Shown one piece after another: positions 62,444 to 64,000 of a DNA stretch of 64,000 nucleotides. The translations under genes and the position numbers were made by a program. Each line of letters begins with the position of its first letter. The first letter of the stretch is position 1. This DNA is from Ancylonema sp. (lineage: Eukaryota). The DNA lies in NCBI GenBank assembly GCA_050230475.1, contig JBFLGF010000044.1, positions 1-64,000 on the forward strand. The letters are read 5' to 3'. The notes beneath the pieces were generated by a model, which did no database searches, had not been told where the DNA came from, and saw only the letters and a list, made by a program, of their open reading frames with translations.

Positions 62444-64000
62444 AGATCGAGGATTTCCTGTGTTTTTTTTTTTTTTTGGGGGTTACAATTGAATGTTCAA
62501 CGCATGACGTGTCGTTGATTGATGTGTGTATGGCCAAGCTCGACCAATATCATTACGCACGTAAGGGTCGAAATGTTTGTATTTGAATTTGCAATTTGTT
62601 GTGGGGGTTTCCGAACTTGGCAGCGCACAAGCAAAACGAGGACCCAATATCCATGTTTCGAAATCCAAATTGATTCTTTTTTAAAACGAGCATCTCCAAG
62701 CCTCGTTTTCACAACAGAAGAAACGATATGTGATGAGTCGGTCCCGTGTATGATTGCAACGGCTACCGAACGTAGATACTCATTGGACATATGTTTGTAG
62801 AGAGATCGACGGTTTTGTGAGAATCCTGGCCCAGATTTTGGGCACGTGCCTCCACTTCCTTTTTACCAAAAAGAAGTGGTGTGAAAAAATCGGATAAGAG
62901 TCCGCACTAAAGTTGTATCACGCGGTGAACACACGCTTTGCTTGGACCTCGAGAGGTTGTGGATAAATCGGAGAAACAATCGTCTATCCAGAACAATGAG
63001 TTGAACATTGTGAAACCGTGACGGCCCTCATGTCATAGGAACAATATGACTTGGACCCAAATGGATGAGTTGCCCAAATATCTTATTGTGTAAACTCGCA
63101 CTGCATTATGGGCGGCATGGCTCAAACGTGACCACACCCATTTGCCTCAACAAAGTGTGGTGTTAGTCGCGGCGAGGAATGCGTGGATGACACAATGGTT
63201 TTGGATGATGTTGTTGTCTACATGATAGCTTGCATGGGAGAGTTTTTCAACTTGGCGTCATTCGTTGTAGTGTGCTCAATGAGCACTGCTCATTGCTTAT
63301 GCGGTTGTGACGAGTGGAAACGAGTAAAAATTTGACGTGTATGTACGCGTCAAGGCCGATAGGTTTATATAGAGGATATACGCAAACGTTTGTGCATGGC
63401 ATTTTCACATGCGAAACANAGAGGTTTCGCGCCATGGAGTGGTCGTCCCTTCCAAGTGAAAGATATTGGGAATGGTGTAGTGGTTGCTTGAGCTCTGGCT
63501 CGCCCCGAAGTTAAGAGTTTTCTACCCTGTCGTGCGTATTCATGTACTAAATGGGTGATGATGTCTGGTTGTGTTGGTTTGCAGATGTTCCTTTGATTTT
63601 TTTCATGTTTAATCTTCTAGAGGTTTACAAGAATGACCTTCCAGTCGATCATGGTCTGAAGACTAGGTACTCTGAATGCGGAGGTAATTTGGAATTGGTT
63701 GGAAAATTGACGTATGATAGATATGGAGATTTCGACAGCTGTGAGGTCCCTCCCATCTTGAGGGTATGATCGATTACTTGCTCTGTCCCTCTCTGTCCCT
63801 TGGTTGTGATAGGACATAGCTTCCAATTCCCGTTGACGTTCTAGATCTGACTGCATGACAGTGTAAGTGGGTTGTTGGTCAGGTTTGAACCACTCAGGTT
63901 ATTTTAGTTGATCTGCAGCACGTGTAGTTGCCAAGGTAAGCAAGTTGCGTGCTTTGAATTTTATGCGTTGATCTTTGGTGTGGTGTCGTCCCTTGTAGTA

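Overview
This is eukaryotic, intron-rich and transposon-rich genomic DNA, most likely from a streptophyte (charophyte-like alga or early land plant; inferred from plant-type proteins, species not determinable). It comes from a gappy scaffold with 10 single-N joins. Manual splicing recovers six host genes: (1) an MRS2/MGT Mg2+ transporter (-, 9 exons, with a His8 tract); (2) the 3' TPR-encoding half of an OXA2/ALB3-like insertase (+); (3) an internally duplicated extensin-like / beta-helix secreted protein (-); (4) an uncharacterised SAM-methyltransferase-like gene (-), head-to-head with (5) thymidylate kinase (+); and (6) a saposin/canopy-like protein with a C-terminal membrane segment (+) that the ORF track does not reveal. 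Intergenic DNA holds two inverted Ty3/gypsy copies whose integrase ends in a PHD finger, a gag-only LTR element with a tandem LTR-PBS unit, a 620-bp foldback, two hAT elements with exact 8-bp TSDs, two Tc1/pogo-type MITEs, hAT and Helitron transposase relics, and many micro/minisatellites. No rRNA, tRNA or CRISPR array was found.
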